From Folioceros fuciformis (Eukaryota): a stretch of 61,078 nucleotides of DNA. Where the stretch lies: the NCBI GenBank assembly GCA_049999805.1, contig JBNGIO010006333.1, positions 566,792-627,869 on the forward strand, written 5' to 3'. How positions within the stretch are numbered: position 1 is the first letter of the stretch; every line of letters begins with the position of its first letter. Both the position numbers and the translations under genes were made by a program. The notes below the pieces were generated by a model. It was not told where the DNA came from, did not search any database, and saw only the letters and a program-made list of their open reading frames with translations. Below, one piece after another: positions 25,954 through 39,422 of this stretch.

Positions 25954-28900
25954 ATGCTCCACGAGTTGCTTCTAGCTCTGGTCGGCTGTACCGGAGACGT
26001 GTTTATAGACGTGAATGAGCAGGCTGAAGCCCTGGGCCTGGTGAAAGGGACCTCGGGCTCTGATGGGGATAATGGAGGGGAATTGTCGCAAGACGGATGC
26101 CCTTTCATGCTCGCACCAGATCTGGACTTCGTTGAGCCGTCAGAAAGGTCCGAATTGGGATGAGTCGTGTTCCCATTCTTGTGTCTGCTGCTGTATGCCG
26201 TTTTGACCGCCTATTTTCTGCAGAGCCTTGTTGGACCGTCTTCTGCGCCTTGGTTACCATTACCGTGAGCTCGACCAATTTTCAGCCCTGTCATGGAACT
26301 TCAGCTGGTTACGAGTTTCTCACGAATCAGGATTGTCTGAAGAGTCTCCTGCCGGGAAGCCCAGAAAAGCAAGCGTTTATCAGCGAGCGCTTGCGAATGG
26401 TATTGCGGAAATGCTTGCCATTTATCGTTCTGCGGTCCTCAAGGTGGAACAGAACATATTGTCGGACCCGGTGCCTGTCTTGGCCACGGTCACTCAGGGC
26501 TTGCATCAGGTATTGGTTGAGAACAACCTCGGGGGGAACCAATGTGGTGGTGGTAGGGTACTGGAAGCCTTGGTTTCTCATGTTGGCAACCGAAAGCAAA
26601 TATTTAACTGAAGCACCATCTTTTCAGTTCGAACTCTTGCTTCCTCCACTACATGCAGTCGTGCGTCAGGTTGAGCGCTCTGAGCTCTTCGGAGGATCCT
26701 TACTGAACCTCTTGCACGCGAGGAGTCACTGCGGTGTCCCTGAACTACAGGCTTGCATGCAAAGGTATGACCTTAAGCGGTATCTGTCTGCTGCATCATG
26801 GGACTCTGCACGACAGTTGTCCTTTCCCCTCATTCAATTGTCTATTTTTGTAGACTGCTCTGGCATTGTCACCACGTCATGTACCAACAACTATCAGGGT
26901 GGATGGTGTATGGTTTACTTCAAGACCAGCATCAGGAATTTTTCATAGCCCGGTATTTTTTTCCATGAGAAGGCGCTACTGATCAAGATTCCTCGCTGTG
27001 GACGATTGTGGACCACTGTGCTTTGTATTTTGAGTCTTCTGATGGATCACATTGCAGGCAAAAGCAGGAAGTGTGCTCAACTGCCACAGAAGCGACTCTG
27101 GAGAAATCAGCTTCTGTCCGTACAGCAGAAGATGCCCACCTAACTGATTGGCACACTGGCTTCCATATTAATCGGGTACAAGTATCTTTCTGAACAGCAG
27201 ACGGACTATGTCTTCGAGGACTTTTGCGTGTGCTCTATGCTGCGTGGACCTCTGTTCTGAAGTAGCAACGTGTAATGGCAGGATATGCTACCAGAGTATA
27301 TTGATGTCCAAGTTGCGGAGTCCATTCTGTTTGTAGGAAAAGCAGTGAGAGTGCTGAGAAATCCTAGCAAAACTTTTAAGAGTCAAGCAGCTGGATTTCA
27401 GCGTACAGGGTCAAAAGGGCTTGAGGAGCTGTTGATGCCGACATCCTCTATCAATGGTTCGTTGCTCCAGCGTGGGATTTGTCGAGGCTCAGTCCTCCTG
27501 CCCCAAGAAGGAGCAGACGAAATTGCTTCCATGCTGCAGGCCTTGAAGGTGCACATTTTGGCTAACGTAGACTGCATAATGGCTTGTTGGTGGTGTCTTT
27601 GAATGCAACTGCCGTAATTATGTGCTTGGGTGCAAAGGTTATTGTGTATTTGACGTGTGCCTGCTCACACACATTTGTTTGACTTTCTTTCTTGTGCCGT
27701 AGGATGCTCCTACCTTCCACAAAATGTCATTTGAGCGTGCTGTTGACTCGATCAGGGCCATTGCTGCAACCCACCTGTGGCAGGTTTCTTTCTTTATTTT
27801 TCCAGTAAGTACGTAGTGTGTTCCTTCCCCATTCTGTTAACTGGCTTGTCTGCAGCTGGTGGTAGTGCATGCAGATCTGGTCGGGCATTTCAAAGCTTTG
27901 AAGGACTACTTCCTTCTTGCTAAAGGAGACTTCTTTCAGGTTTATCTCATGAACTTGTCTGAAGTACCATATCCTGTGAGCAGCAGCTGGGGGAATGTAC
28001 GGGGCAGCTTGCAAATCTTCTGCGTTTTCCAAAGCTCGCTGTGTGGATTTTGAGTAAGCTGACTGGTGGACATTTGGAACATCTTTCAGTGCTTTTTGGA
28101 GGAAAGCAGATCCTTGATGAGATTGTCACCACGGCCTTCTACAGCAGAGGCTGATCTTAAAGTTCCTTTCCAGCAGGTGAGTGGTGTTGCTGTAAACATT
28201 GAGATTGTGGGCAGATCTGAAATACAGATACCCTACCATAACAATTTCTCTCTGTTGTTAGACACTGATAGCTGCAGTTGACTAACTCCTGTCATGTGCT
28301 CCCCTTTTGGTGAAGGCTGCGATGAAGACAATTAGTGACGATGACAAATATTTCCACCGAGTGTTCCTCAGGTAGGTCTTTCGTACAATACAGATTCCGC
28401 TTCATGTTCTATGTGGCATTTGATGAGCTGCTAATCAGGTTAATTGCAGAATGCCTCTATTGACAGCAGGGAGCTCAGCTGGTCCTTCTCAAGGAGATGT
28501 TGGGAGACAGAGATCGAGCACTGACCCTGCCACGGTGTATGGCGAGACTGGTGGCCCACCTTATGATGGGTGGGATGGTCTTGCTCTGGAATACAGCCTC
28601 GACTGGCCACTTCAGCTCCTTTTCACAAAGGAAGTACTTGCCAGGTAAAGCGTGGAAGTTCTGTCGCGCGGTTGGCTTTTCCAAGGACCTAGCAATTGTT
28701 GGCTTTATTCTGACAAGCACAGAACGTTTTGTTTGCGGTTGTTCTTGCAGGTATAATAGGATCTTTCAGTACCTTTTGCGATTGAAGCGTATTCAACTGG
28801 AACTTGAGAAGTCATGGGCAGAGGCTATGCAACAAGATAAGGTGGACTCGGTGAAGAGAAATAGAGGTGCGACAGAGACAATTGCTGCTAGAGAACGATG

Positions 28901-29946
28901 CCAGCAGCGTAAGCCAATGTGGCGAGTGCGACAGCATATGACGTACCTTATCACGAACCTGCAGTTTTATATTCAGGTACAGGTGCTAGGAGTACAGCTC
29001 AACCTCAACTTCGTGTTACAAATCGATTCCTTAAGTAGTTTGTTTTGTTCTTACCACTGAGGAAGACCAGGACGGTTCTACACTTTTCCTGACGTGTTCT
29101 TTACAGTCTGTTATCGGGGAAAAGTGTTTTTTTTTTTTTTTCCCTTGTGTTTCGGTTTTTTCATGCAAATCTGGGATGACAATTTACGCAATGTGGGTCT
29201 GGTTCAGGTGGATGTAATCGAATCTCAATGGACACTTCTTCAAGACCGTGTGCAGGCTTGTAAAGACTTCACAGAACTTGCCCGCTTTCACCAAGAGTGA
29301 GTATTTGATTTCTATATGTGTAAAACTATCAATGGGCTCTCATGTTCCTGGAGGAGACGCTGGCTTGTAAGTAAGCAAAGCACAAGTGACTCGGCTGATA
29401 ACCTGACTTTTTCGCTCTTTTTTTGACTGTTTGTAGATATCTGTCAGCTCTGATTTCCCAATCTTTTCTGGATATCGGGTCGGTGTCCCGCATTCTTGAT
29501 AGTATCATCAAATTGTGTTTACAGTTTTGTCGACTAATTGAACAACAGAATGGCACCCCTAGTCTTGCTGAGATGGAGCCGATAACGGAGGTGAGCTCTC
29601 TGTGCTAGCTCAGGGTCCAACTCCTTTTTAGTAAACCATGAGATCTCCTTAACCGTCACACTTTCCAGGAATTCAACAAGAAATCGAACTCCTTATACAC
29701 TATTTTGAGAAGTAGCAAGCTTGCTGGAAGCCAACGTGCTCCTTTTTTGCGGCAGTTTCTTCTGCGCCTGAATTACAACTCTTTCTTCGAGGTATTTCAC
29801 CTTGACGTACTTCGCTAATCCTGTAAGCAAGTCCGTAGAAGTGTTTTGATCCGGAGTCTCACCCTGCTTGCTTATCTCAGGCCACCGCGAGGGGAGCTCT
29901 GAATCTTGGGCGACCACGACCTAGTTCTGCTATTGGTCACTTGTAA
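25954..29946 (+). CDS. GCP4: Gamma-tubulin complex component 4, many exons
   Basis: MLHELLLALVGCTGDVF, SVYQRALANGIAEML, MLPEYIDVQVAESILFVGKAVRVLRNP, LKDYFLLAKGDFFQ, YDGWDGLALEYSLDWPLQL, LITNLQFYIQVDVIESQW, PFLRQFLLRLNYNSFFE/ATARGAL. TAA at 29944-29946. Confidence 0.93.
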
Positions 29947-30351
29947 TGCCACTCTGCCGGGAGCTTCTTAACTGCAGCCCAAGTTGACGATGGAAGGATA
30001 AGCTAGCTTTCTTGTTTACAGTCGAGATGCAACTGTGACATCTTGAATGCTCATGGGCTACAACTGGGCAAGCCCGACGTGCCCATCGCGTGCTGATCAT
30101 GTCCAAACCATGGCAGGAAAACCTGCTATATCCTTGTGCAACAAAATTTGAAACGGAGTACACACCGTTCTCGTCACCCTCGCCCAAGCAGCCACAGGCC
30201 GATGTCTACAACAAAGAAACTTGATCATCTAAGGCAGAGCCGCTGACAGAGGGCCAGCTTGTCACGAATAGCCCAACCGCAGGAGAAAGCAAAGTATAGG
30301 TCCCCAAATCGTGAGCACTAACATGCAGCACGCGACTATCATCGACCCGCC

Positions 30352-30713
30352 TCACGTTCTCACACTCTCCAGAGCCTCGATCATCACCACGCTATTTCCT
30401 CTGATCACCTGCAAGGAGGAACAAGAGAGATCACTTTAGACGACGACAAAAGTCCAACCTCATTCTGGATTGCGCATTGCCCAGTCCTCTGTGAAAGCGA
30501 TGACAAAGAACGTCAGCGGTTAGGGATTCTTACCACCATGCCGATTTCGTTCCTGTCCGATCCGTTGATCTCCACAGTGTTGTCCAACACCAAGTTCATG
30601 AATTGATCGAAACCGCGAAGCACACCAACCACCGTACGGTTGGCATTCAGCTTGATGTTCAGCTTCCTATCCATATACTTCTTCAAATCCGGGGGCTGGC
30701 CGGACTTGCTCAT
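30352..30713 (-). CDS. SmG: Small nuclear ribonucleoprotein G, 2 exons (30713-30534, 30408-30352)
   Basis: [48 protein letters not shown]...[22 protein letters not shown]. Confidence 0.96.
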
Positions 30714-31333
30714 GGCGGCAGGTGGCAGATGGCAGGCCGCGAGGCAGGAAGGCGGGAAGGCGGGGAGGCGGGAAGAGAGTTCGGCAGACTCAGAAGAGCT
30801 CAGTTGGGTATTTAGGGCTCGGCCCGCGACCTTCGCTGTGAAAACCGTAGACCGTTCCGGTCCTGATATTTGAAAAGCCCGTCCGACTACACCACTTCGA
30901 GTAGGTCAGTACATATTTCGTTACTGTCCTGACCACGAAGCGATAGTGCGTGCATGCATGAGCCATATGCTTGTGTGCATATGTACATATACGGGACAAA
31001 AACTTGGCCTCTTCATTCTTCTGATAAGCATGGCTCAGGCCTCGCCCCTCACGCGGAGCTCCATCTGTCAGCAGTTGTCGGGGTACGTCGTAGAGAATGC
31101 CGTGTTTAAATGCTCCTTGGGAACAAGCGAGTTGGAAATGTGAGCCGTAGTCGACTTGGGCAATTTCGTTGAAGCCTAAACTGCAGTGTGGTCTCGCTGC
31201 TGCCGGTGTTGGCGGAGGAGCGAGAGTATGAGATTGGACGGTACATCACTAGGTGGGCCTCGTGTAGTGTAGGGGCATGTGGAGAGTGAAGGCTGCTGCT
31301 GGCATTTGATCTTGGACTCCCTGGGACGAGAGA

Positions 31334-34300
31334 ATGGCCAGCATGGATGTGGACGATGGAGGCGGCTTGCCTCAGGCTATCTCTTCCCTCAAGGAGTCCG
31401 TCTCCATTTCTGCGTCCATCAGGGAAGAGGAATTGGATGAGCTACGTTACTCTCGGGTCATCTACACGCTGGGTAGGGACGCGTTCCAGTCCCTGCACAG
31501 GAGCCGGGTCTTGATTCTGGGCTGCAGCGCCGTGGGAGTGGAAGTGGCCAAGAATTTGGCGCTTTCTGGAGTGCGGGGCATCGGCCTGGTGGACAGTGCT
31601 CTTGTCTCTCAGGCGGATCTCGGGGCCAGCTTCTTGTTGCGGCAGCAGAATGTTGGCCAAAGGCGGTCTCTCGCCGTGGCTCATTGGCTCAAGCAGGTGA
31701 ATGGGGATATGGAAGTTGTGACGCTGGAGCCGGCTGTGGATGCTTATGCCTCCGTCATTGCCTCCTATGATGCTGTCGTGGTCACCAGTGGCACCTCGGA
31801 TTATCATGTGAATGTGAATAAAGTCTGTCGAGAGGCACACGTTCCGTTTGTGTTGGCCGTGGCTCGCGGGGTGTTTCTGTCGGTGTTCACGGACTTCGGA
31901 CAGAGCTTCACAGTGGTGGACGAAACGGGGGAGCCCGGGGAGCCTGTGTTGGTGGAAAGCGTGACGCAGGATTTTCCAGCCACTGTGACAGTTGTTGAGG
32001 AGCAGAGGCACGGCCTGGAGGAAGGGGATGAAGTTGTATTTGAGGGTATTCAGGGGATGTTGGAGCTGAATGGTAGGGCACCATTTACGGTTAATGTGAC
32101 TGGAACGTCATCCTTCACGATTCCGGAGGACACCCGTAATTACGAGAGGTATGTGTCCGGGGGTCGCTTCCGGAAGCTCAAGCGCGTCAAAACGCATTCG
32201 TTCCTGTCCCTTGAAGAATCTCTGCTGCGTCCTGAGTTTTGCATCACCGACCCTGTGAAAGCCTCTCGAGCACCGCAGCTTCACGTATCCTTTCAAGCGG
32301 TGGATGAATACCTTTCTAGGAATGGAGGGTCCAGTCAAGGAGGTTCTTCTCCTCTTGAAGAGCAGGATGTAGAGGAGATATTGGCCATAGCTAGAGAGCG
32401 ATGGAAACAATCACCGTTGAGTGCCCTAGTCACGCTGGCCAACAACGGCAATTCAGCTATGGATGTGACAAGCGCAGCTTTGGAAGGCAGAAGCGTCGAC
32501 CCAGGCAATTTTGGGGATTTGACTGGGGTTATGGGTGATGAGGGTAGAGTCCAGAGAGCTGCAGAAACTAGTACTAGTGGTGACCAGCAGATAGGCCATG
32601 ATGAAGAGATGGTGAGACGTGGGGAGCGGAATCGAGCAGAAATCAATGAGCACTTAGTCAGACTCGTAGCTCAGGGGGCAAAAGTTGAGCTGTCTCCAGT
32701 TGCTGCCATCGCCGGAGGTCTGGCCGCACACGAAGTTATTAAGGTCACACCTACCTTCATATGGACACGCGTTGTTTCATTTGCTTCTCATGGAATGCCG
32801 TGCAGACAGGTTGTTTTTGGGCACAGCATTGTTTGTGGGCACTCAGGGTACTTGGGGAAGTTTCTAAAGTCTTTATGAGATATGCAGCTGACATAGCATG
32901 ATTGAAGTGCCATCCTCGCACTTGATGTTAGTTTGGGCCGGGTATGCCTATCCAGGCCGTGCACTTGTACTGCAGCATAACTGTCTTCTTGTAGCCATGG
33001 ATGTTGATCTCATCGACTTCGTTGGTTGGCATTGCAGGGAATATCTGGAGTTCTTGTGCCAATACACCAGTGGCTATATTTTGATGCTGTTGAATGTCTG
33101 CCTACTCATCTAGGCAAACAGAGTGTCTCTCCATTGGATAATGGAAGTGTAGATCCTCGATATGAGCAGCAAGTCATCCTGTTCGGGGAAATGTTTCAGC
33201 GAGAGCTGGGAAGTTTGAAGGTACTACTTGTCAGTTTGTTGTTCTGACAATGACTTTATTGTCCTGAAAATTACGAAGATGATTTGCCACTACGGGTCTT
33301 GATACTCAGAACTGTGAATGTCTTTGGACAGTGGCTTGTGGTGGGTGCAGGCGGGATTGGTTGCGAGGTACTGAAAAACCTTGTGCTGATGGGAGTTGGA
33401 TGCAATCCTGATGGCAGTGTCACTGTCACGGACATGGATTCAGTTGCAAGACCAAATCTAGTTGACCAGGTTCTGTATCAAGTAGGCGACATCAGCAGAC
33501 CTAAAACGCCAACAGCTGGAAGAGCATTGCGAGCCATTAATCCATCTGCTCAGATTCATGTGCTTCAAGAAAAATTTGATTCAACGACTGAGGATGTCTT
33601 TGACTCCTCCTTTCTCGATTCTTTATCGGGTATTCTTGCCATCAACTTAGACTGTTTAAGATTTTGGTGTACTGCTGGTTTGGCCTTCCACCGTTGTTTG
33701 TCAATTTAAAAATTGTCAGCAGTTCTCAGAGCAGTTGTTTTTTTCCACAGGAGTTTTTTGTGCTGTGGACACCAGCGAATCAAGAATATATATAGATGCC
33801 CGCTGTGTTTCAAAACGGAAACCAATGATTGATGGAGGCAAACATGGTGCGAAGGGTAGTGTACAGGTTCGTTTATACAATTTACCCTCATAAGTTCAAA
33901 ACAATTTGGTGAAACTGCCCCTGCCCTGTAGTTCCATTGAATGCCTTAAGACTGAACATTAAAACAGCTTTGAGATTCCCGGAAGTTATGACTGCTGATA
34001 TAAGTAGTGACGTTGCAGGTGTTTGTACCCTTTCAATCTGAGATGTATGCATCCACGAGAGATCCTCCAGAGCACAAAGAAATTCCCATCTGTACCTTGA
34101 AAAATTTCCCCTATGCCACTGAGCATACACTGCGTTGGGCTATTGACACATTTGAGGCTCTTTTTAAGCAGCGGCCTATAGATGTAAATACTTATCTTTC
34201 AAGTAGGGATTTTCTCAGTTCAAACAGAAAATTGCCCTCAGATACTCGGCTTGCAGTCCTGGAAACACTCCGGGATGCTCTGGTTCGGCGTAGACCACTA

Positions 34301-36880
34301 AGGTGGGTGGGTGAGTGTCTGCTGCTTGTTGGCAGTGTGTCAAGGGTTCTAACAAGTTCCCCACCCGTGCAATTTTTGCAGTTTTGAATCTTGCATTGAA
34401 TGGGCACGATTGCAATTTGAAGACTTGTTCGTTAATAACATTCGACAGGTGTCTTACTGTTCTATGAAGCTCTTGGTTTGATTTACGTCCTAGAAGTTCC
34501 TACCTGGTCACTGAGGCAAGGCATTGTGACAGTTATGTTTCAACTTTCCACGAGGCATGAGCACAACAGCTGGAGCGCCTTTCTGGAGTGGGACAAAGCG
34601 TGTGCCAGATCCCGTGCCGTTCGATCCTTCAGATACTTTGCACATTGATTTTATTATTGCTGCGGCAAATCTTCAGGCTACTGTCTATGGCCTGAAAGGC
34701 TATGAAGACCGACAGCTATTTATTGATAGTGTGCAGCGTGTGGAAGTTCCATCGTTCGTCCCAAAAGTAAGACCTGAGAACTAGGGCTTCGAGGCCAAAG
34801 TTAAATGTTTGCCAGTGGTTCGTGTGTATCAATCACTGAGGCTGCTTTGACATGGATACGATTTGCCTCTTCTTCTGACCCTGGCAGCTGAATGTCTGAT
34901 GTTGTATGTAATGTCTATTGCTCAGGAGGGAGTACGGATTGCAACATCTGACAACGAACTGCGCACCGCAGGTCGGAGGTTTCGGGAGGATTCTGATGCA
35001 TCTGATGCATGTGAATTGATCCTGGGAGAACTCCCAACTCCAGCAACACTAGCAGTATATCTTCGTTCCTTCTGTTCCATTTTCCTTTTCTTTCCGTCTT
35101 CTGAGCACTCTACGGTCTGTCTGGCTGAATTTGTCTGGGCGGTTTCTTACCCTATCCGGCTTTGAGTATCTAGCGTTTATGTCAGTAAGAAAAGCACCTA
35201 TATAGTCCAGTCAGGACTTAAGACCTGATTTCCTGGGGCAGTACTTGATACAAGCACTGAACCAAGTGGTTAGTGCGGTGTACAAGTCAGTCTACGTGTA
35301 CTGGGTTTTTGTACTATTTGATAGGTGACCTAGGTCAGACATGCAGTTTAAGAGCAAAAATCTTCGCTTACAGTAGGTGCTGTTGCAGGCCTTGCAGGCG
35401 CAAAGTGATTGGGTACGTTCTTTGGTCTCTGAAGGCTCGCTGATGTAGCATTAGTTTTTGGTAAGCAGGACAAGTGTAAGTTTCAAACATGTCTTCCTGC
35501 GTTGCGGCTTAGACTGTGCCAGGCACATTATTTCCTGTCTTGAGGGCAGACCTTGTACTAGGACGCAAACCCATACAAGCACATAAAACACTGAGCTTAG
35601 GTCCAGTTGAAATCCGAGGTGTAAGTAAGTCAGCTAACAGAAGAGCTATCAAAGGCATTACTCATAAGTCGAGGGTGTCGGTGTTGGCTGCAATGAGTGT
35701 CTGCAACAGTCTTTCCCTGCTGAACGAAATGTGTCTTATTTAGTAGGACCGATAAAGCTATCCGTATCATGGGGACAATCAAATATGAGCTGCACACCTG
35801 AAGCTCATCCCGTACTTGTCTTTGTGCCTAAGGACTTGCCTTGTGCTTTGGGATCAGTTGTTTCCTGAAGGATGTCTCAGAGAATTATTAAACTACCATC
35901 TGCGAATTACGGTGGGTTTAGGGTGATCAGAGATGTGTTATTTGTGTTCTCAGGGTTATAGGTTGACGCCAATTGAATTTGAGAAAGATGCTGAGCAAAG
36001 CTTTCATGCGGAGTTTGTGGCAGCTGCTTCGAGCCTGCGTGCCAGAAACTATGGAATACCCTCCGCTGATAAGCTGCAGGTCAGATTTTTGGAAATTAGA
36101 GTTGATACCAACAGATTCTAATGTGACGCTTGGCGTATATGTGAATTGCCTCTTTACCCAATATTGTGATCTCTCCAGGCAAGGCTAGTGGGAGGCAGGG
36201 TCATCCCTGCTCTAGTCACGTCGACGTCAGTTGTGGGGGGCCTGATGTGTCTGGAGCTTTACAAGTTGGTGCAGGGGAAGCCGTTAGCTTATCACAAACA
36301 TAGCTACTTTAATTTATCTGTGCCCTTTTTCTCGCATGCAGAGCCTCGGAAAGCTGTCCAGTTCCAAGTACGTTACTGTTATGGCGTTGCTGCATAGTGA
36401 CCTTGAGTTTTGTCGCAGTCGTTGCCCTCTTCTGACGTGGACATGGAACAGGTTATGAGGAAAGGTAAGCCCCCTTTAATTTGGACATTATGGGATCGAT
36501 TCGAAATGGATTGCGTGGGGAAGACCTTAGAGAGCTTCCTGGAGGACTTCAAGCGGGAGCAAGGTTTGGAGGTAAAGGAAAATGTGTTTCGTATGCGGGA
36601 AGTCGTGTGGATGGGAGTTTCCCGGTCTAATCATCCGTGTTGTCGTTTGTGCTGTTCCCAGATCACCATGATTTCCTATGGCAAGAGCTTGCTGTACGCC
36701 GAATTCCTGCCGAAGAAGAAGTTACAAGATAGGCTGCCGTTGCAATTGCTAGAGTTGATCACGAGTGTGTCAAAAGTTACTGTGCCTCCAACCGAGAGCA
36801 CTGTCTGTTTCGGGTTATCATGCACGGACGCAAATGAGCAAGATGTAGAAGTTCCCGATTTAATCGCAAGGGTTCGATAG
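31334..36880 (+). CDS. Ubiquitin-activating enzyme E1 (UBA1-like, divergent), many exons
   Basis: Inactive adenylation domain (GVEVAKNLALSGV), FCCH region (RHGLEEGDEV), VVGAGGIGCEVLKN, catalytic [10 protein letters not shown] (Cys codon at 34091-34093), PFWSGTKRVP, PIEFEKD, LRARNYGI, and a UFD region starting WTLWDRF. Confidence 0.9.
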
Positions 36881-37284
36881 TTCACTCACACCCAATTACT
36901 CCTGTGTCCTTTTTTCCGTGCCAGTCGGACTCGTAAGTTGTGCCGCCTCACGACGGCGTGGTTGAGTGCATCTCAACGTACACCTTGCCCGACCGGTACT
37001 GAACTAGCACTGTCACCTCCTGGCCAAGTGCACTAAATGTATATCCCTTTTCAGTAAAGGAAAGCATTGGAGTTTCCTACTCAATTTCCCTCTGGCAATT
37101 CTGTATTTGCATACATCATTGTGCTATTGCCTAGTACAGATGGGTTATTTTTCTTTTGGTGTATTCGTCCTAGAGATGGGTGATATCCACCACTCATGCA
37201 CACTCCCAGTCCTGAGCATGGTGCCATGGCCAGCATTGTTTGCGGTTGCGGTCCGCATCATTCTGCGAGACCGCTGCCAGCAAT

Positions 37285-39090
37285 ATGGCCACGGAATGGC
37301 AACTGGAACCGTAGTGCAGAGGATTCTACGAGAACTTTTGCTCACCTCACAGTAAAGACAACCGCTAGAACTCAACCATATCCCCAGGCTCGGCCGTGTC
37401 GTGATCTCGTTACTTCCAACAATGTCGCTGTGGAAGGATTTTCCAGCGATGGTTGTGGCCAAGACCAGCAGCTGGAATTCCTGTGGCGACAGTTTCTCCT
37501 GGATCCTACCATGTGGCGGGACACCTGGCGAGATAAGAATACCTCCCGTTCGCCTGGCTTCCTGCTTAAGGGGTCCGGCGGGCTTCTGAGGGGAAAAGGC
37601 ATGTCCAAGCCAGCTTGGGTGGACGGGCAGCTTGTTTCTTGGGATACACAGATGAGCTACGGTGCCTCTTTTTTCGGATAAGCCCAAGCCCGAGACGCCT
37701 GCAGGATGTCAAATATGCGTCTCCACTGCTGTGACCGTGAGCACCCTATGCCAGCAGGGGAAGATCACTGAGGCATTTGGAGCACTGGAATCTCTGGCCG
37801 AGACAGACTTTCCTATCTGTGTCACTGTAGTATACTGCGGTAAAGGCGTGTGCAGTTAAGAAGGATTTGGTTGTGGGGCGACGAGTTGGTGAGCTAGAAG
37901 AGGCCATGGATGTGTGCATCAGAGTGGATAAACCAGATGCCTTCATGCGGGGTTCTATAACCTCCGCACATGCTAAACATAGCAATCCTATGAAGGCTAT
38001 ACAATTGTACCATGAGGTGCGTAGGTCAGGGTTGAAGGCGGATGCTCACGTCCTCGTGGCTGCCCTTCAAGCCTGTGCTCTTGGTGCGGACTTGGAATCT
38101 GGCCTTGATGTATGTCTGGCAGAAGGGCCTTGTTGTGGCTGACCGTATCACGTTTTCCTGCCTTCTGAAAGCCTGTGCAGGTACCCGTGACCGTCAGAAG
38201 GGCAGGCACTTGCACTCACAGACTGTCGAAAGAGGCCTGCTAGGGAACATACTGGTTGGCACCTGCCTGGTGGACATGTATGCAAAATGTGGCGAACTAC
38301 AAGTTGCTAATTGGGTGTTTCCAAGTTTAGCTGCAAAGGATGCAGTGACATGGACGGCCCTGATTTCTGGGTATGCGGGACAAGGGCTCGGTCAACAGAC
38401 GCTTGTTCTGTGTGGACAAATGGAGGAGGAGGGCCTGGTTCGGGCTGACCATATAACCTTTGCGTGCCTTCTGAAGGCCTGTGCAGGCACCGGTGCCTTA
38501 CAGAAGGGCAGGCAGCTCCACTCACAGATTGTGGAAAGAGGATTGCTAGGGAACATACTGGTTGGCATCTGCCTGTTGGACATGTATGCAAAATGTGGTG
38601 AATTGGAAGATGCAAGTGGTGTATTATATCTTGGCCACAAAGGATGGGGTGACATAGGCGGCCCTGATTGCTGGATATGCACAACAATGTCCCGGCCTTG
38701 ACGCGCTTGTATTGTATTGTATTAACAAATGGATCAGGAGGGCTTAAGTGTGGCTGACCATGTTACTTGTGTTTTCCATGTGCTGAAGGCATTTGCTGGC
38801 ACTGGTGAGTAGCAGAAGGGCAGGCAGCTGCATTCACAGATCGTGGAAAGAGAACTGGTAGAAAACATACCTGTTGGCAACTGCCTAGTGGACATGTACG
38901 CATGCTGAGAAATTAGCTCTGGCCTGTGGTCTAATGAACACGCCGAGTGGCAAACCTCTGCTGGTAACGAAGAATCTACGCATGTGCAGTGACTCCCGCA
39001 GTTCTACCAAGATCATGTCAAGGGTTGAAAAGAGGCAGATTGTTGAAAGTGCCCACGAAAAGGATCATCGATTGGATTACATGGTGGCAG
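37285..39090 (+). pseudogene. Degenerate PDF-motif/PLS-PPR/DYW:KP gene (copy 1)
   Basis: MATEWQ start homologous to MATVWQ, a degenerate PDF motif (FLWRQFLLDPTMWRDTWRDKNTSRSPGF), PLS repeats split across frames by stops and deletions, and a truncated DYW region (AEKLALACGLMNTPSGKPLLVTKNLRMCSDSRS). Confidence 0.88.
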
Positions 39091-39422
39091 GAAGCATACG
39101 AGTCACTATCCGTCTACCCGGCTGCAGATTTGCAAGACAACTCAGCAAACTCGGCTCACGGATGGACGATATCTCAGGGAGTCGAAACTCAACAAAATAT
39201 GGCGACACGTATCATTTAAGGGGAGAAGATAGTGTACGCCAGATGTCTGTAAGGCTTTCTGCATGCTACTCGCCTGCAACGGGATGTCATCCCACTTTTT
39301 TGCATTTTGTGTAATTTGGTAGATCTGATCTTCAACTTTCCATATGTCCCATGCGGCAAGAATTTGCGACCTTCACTGTTACAAGGGGCATAGTTCGGGA
39401 TATCTAGTGTGACAGGACAATG

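Noticed and set aside
35056-35066. Possible U12 donor GTATATCTT
   Set aside because: It deviates from RTATCCTT, and there is no TCCTTAAC-like branch point near the acceptor.
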